Notes under the pieces: model-generated | The model's database searches: none | Told to the model about the DNA's origin: nothing | What the model saw: only the letters and a program-made list of their open reading frames with translations | Translations under genes and position numbers: made by a program | Origin: Eremomyces bilateralis CBS 781.70 | Lineage: Eukaryota | DNA length: 64,000 nucleotides | NCBI GenBank assembly: GCA_010015585.1 | Contig: ML975153.1 | Strand: one strand, 5' to 3' | In this document: positions 61,743-64,000 of the stretch, in pieces | How the letters are laid out: every line of letters begins with the position of its first letter | Position numbering within the stretch: position 1 is the stretch's first letter

Positions 61743-62216
61743 CGAGCATTGTTGTAGGTGATTAAGAGATAGAAGTGACTCGAAAATGGAACGATTAGTA
61801 AGTACATTCAGGGCAGACTTTCAAGCGATGCTACGCATTAGCTGGGTTCCCGTTATGTATTCACTTGTGGCTCTCCGACTGCGTGTTGTGCGCTTCATCT
61901 GTAGTTTTGACAGGCAGTGTCGAGAACTTCCTATTGTTCTCGCCCGATTTGATGAGTAGAGCGCGTTGGTAACACTAGCGTCTCCATGCCCATGACCTGC
62001 GCCCACGTGGCTTGTTATCAAGTGGTTCGGCTTGATCCCGCGGCTTTCATTATCGACTGATGCTCACACGAACAACCAAGCGGCCACTGTCAAAGTAGGC
62101 ATAACCTTGAACTGTGGACGTTCTAGGGCCATCGTGTAGTCCTTGTGTCGCCATTGGTGATGGCTCTTAGTGTCCGAGATGGTGCGTTTTATGATATTCG
62201 AAATTACGAGAAGATG

Positions 62217-64000
62217 TTATACCACGCCACGGACTTGGTCTGCGTCATGTTAGTGGATAAATGTATATCAAGAAAAATCTTACCTCGCATTCCGCCTAGA
62301 GCTTCAAACGCCGTCGCATAGTTTTCGAATATGGTAGAGATCGATATTAGTCCCATTCGCAGGCGCACAAGCAGGCTCTCAACGATAGGATTTGCTGTAC
62401 CCTTCTCAGAATATGTCGACTGCATCCGATTATGCACCATAACCAATGTGTAAGTGCATTGCATGGCACAACAGGCTAACGACGGCATCAACCGAGGCGC
62501 AGCCAACATGGATGTAGGAGCAAGGTAGCACGGTGGCGCGCACATCTGACCTAAGGGATTTGGAAAGGGGAGGTCATTGAAAGTCGCCGCGACATTGAAG
62601 GCTGCCTTGAGACAGATTTTGGTAGATTGGTGCCGGCTAAATGGGAGAGAATCGACTGCGCTCGACACGGAACTCGTGAACAACTCAAGTGGTGAGTCGG
62701 GGCTTTGAAACCCATTTGTCGTCAGCGAACGGGAACTAGTAGGCCAAGATGTTGAGTTGAGATCGCAATATTTTCCTGAAAAGACCGGACTGTCGAAAAA
62801 GGCACAAAATCGGTGTATCTTGATCCTCGCACTGCTTTGGATCAGCATTAGGTTCTAGATGCCGGAACTGTCATACCTATTGAGCTTGATGCGAGCCATG
62901 CATCTGAGAGCGCGGGACACCACTTCCTCTGTACTATCCAGTGGTGAAGTAGGCGAGCCTTGCAAGATCCACGTGTCTGCCACTGTAGCGAGAGACTCAA
63001 CGTAGTGCTCGAGCCCTTGCATACGCTCGCAAACGTGGGATATATCAGCATTTGCCTTTACCGTCTTTACAAGCTCAGTAGCAATTCGAGTGCAAGTTAG
63101 AAGAGTTTGCTGTGCTTGAATGAAAAGCTTGAATGCCTAGTAAAGAAGTTAGACTAGTTAGATAATTAACTCAAGGAAAACGTACCTCTGAATCGGTCTG
63201 TAAGCTAGGATATTTTGTGGTAAAGCTCGAGGCAAAGAGGTTATGTGTTGGCTCCTATATAATTCTCAGTAGGATAACTTGGATCTCCGGGGTCATGCTT
63301 ACCGAGTTACTCACGATAGTCGCTTGAGTAACGCAAATGTACTGCGACAATTAGGTTTGGTCTGGAACTGGGTATGGAACTTACAGTCATCCACCATACT
63401 CGACTTCTCACTTCTGAATACTCGTCTTGATCGGTGCAGTCATGGAGGGACAAAGCCACGGCTGATACAAAAGCCTGACCTGCCCTATTTTGCATCTTTT
63501 TGATGTTTCCCCGCTGAGCGTACTCATAAAAACTGAGAATGCATAGAGCAATGACGTCCTCCAGGTCTGGATGCACTCTTGGATGAAAGCGTTGCCGTGC
63601 GAGTTCGTCTCTAGGTTCAATCAGGGCATCTGATGGCGCGACTGATTCGGGAATTTCTCCTTCGTTCTCAATGCTTTCAATGGAGGATTGTGCAAGATAT
63701 TGGGAATATTTCCGCCTGAACTGGACAGATTCTTGTATCTGATAGTCAATGTCATTAGGACAAGGAATTAGAGCAAGGACTGCTGATATTGCGAGTGCAA
63801 TAGGGGTGGATGGTTCAAATTCCGGAATATCATCCTGGCGATGAGAAATTGCAAGATCAGAAGGGGTACCGATCGGTGGCGGAAGAATGGGGAAGAACGG
63901 GTGTATATAGACATAGTAAGCCTCAAGACTGCCATGGTCAATAGACAATAAATGACGAATTCGGTTACGACATGACCTACATAGCATTGTCACTTTGATA
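62217..64000 (-). CDS. Fungal-specific transcription factor (Zn2Cys6-type middle homology region), 3' part, multi-exon; 5' end lies outside the window
   Basis: AYYVYIHPFFPILPP, ALCILSFYEYAQRGNIKKM, EVRSRVWWMT, RIKIHRFCAFFDSPVF, PRLMPSLACCAMQ, LENY-like FENYATAFEALGGMR|DQVRGVV* after a final intron (stop 62219-62217). The Zn2Cys6 cluster itself is not in the window. Confidence 0.8.

Overview
Gene-dense eukaryotic DNA from a filamentous ascomycete (Pezizomycotina; Dothideomycete-like is an inference from gene content and short GT..CTRAY..YAG introns). I reconstructed about 24 protein-coding genes by hand-splicing, plus one intron-containing tRNA-Ser(AGA). In order: acyl-CoA thioesterase (3' end), Tctex-1 dynein light chain, VTC1, a WD40/DCAF protein (Raf1/DIM-9-like), gamma-tubulin complex GCP2/Spc97, a chromodomain-CCCH protein, Rab11/Ypt31, a Ser-rich membrane protein, Rce1, flavocytochrome b2, Rcf2, a Nudix hydrolase, a hotdog thioesterase, a hypothetical protein, the Pho80/PREG cyclin, a cupredoxin-like membrane protein, Abp2, a frameshifted secreted-type ORF, the peroxisomal carrier PMP47, tRNA-Ser, a decayed GIY-YIG-like/Zn-finger gene, a secreted Cys-rich repeat protein, a PGAP4-like glycosyltransferase, a PTS1-bearing alpha/beta-barrel protein, an FMO and a fungal transcription factor (3' part). 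Most worth following up: (i) a gene-poor island next to the tRNA with a GIY-YIG-like nuclease plus Zn-finger gene broken by RIP-compatible stops; (ii) three unusually long introns (356-513 nt), one with a perfect 13-bp stem and two that could give truncated isoforms; (iii) a Raf1-like DCAF and a chromodomain protein one gene apart; (iv) a possible peroxisomal FMO/barrel/TF mini-cluster; (v) several strong intergenic palindromes. No CRISPR, rRNA or intact transposon was seen. All family calls come from motif recognition, not database searches.
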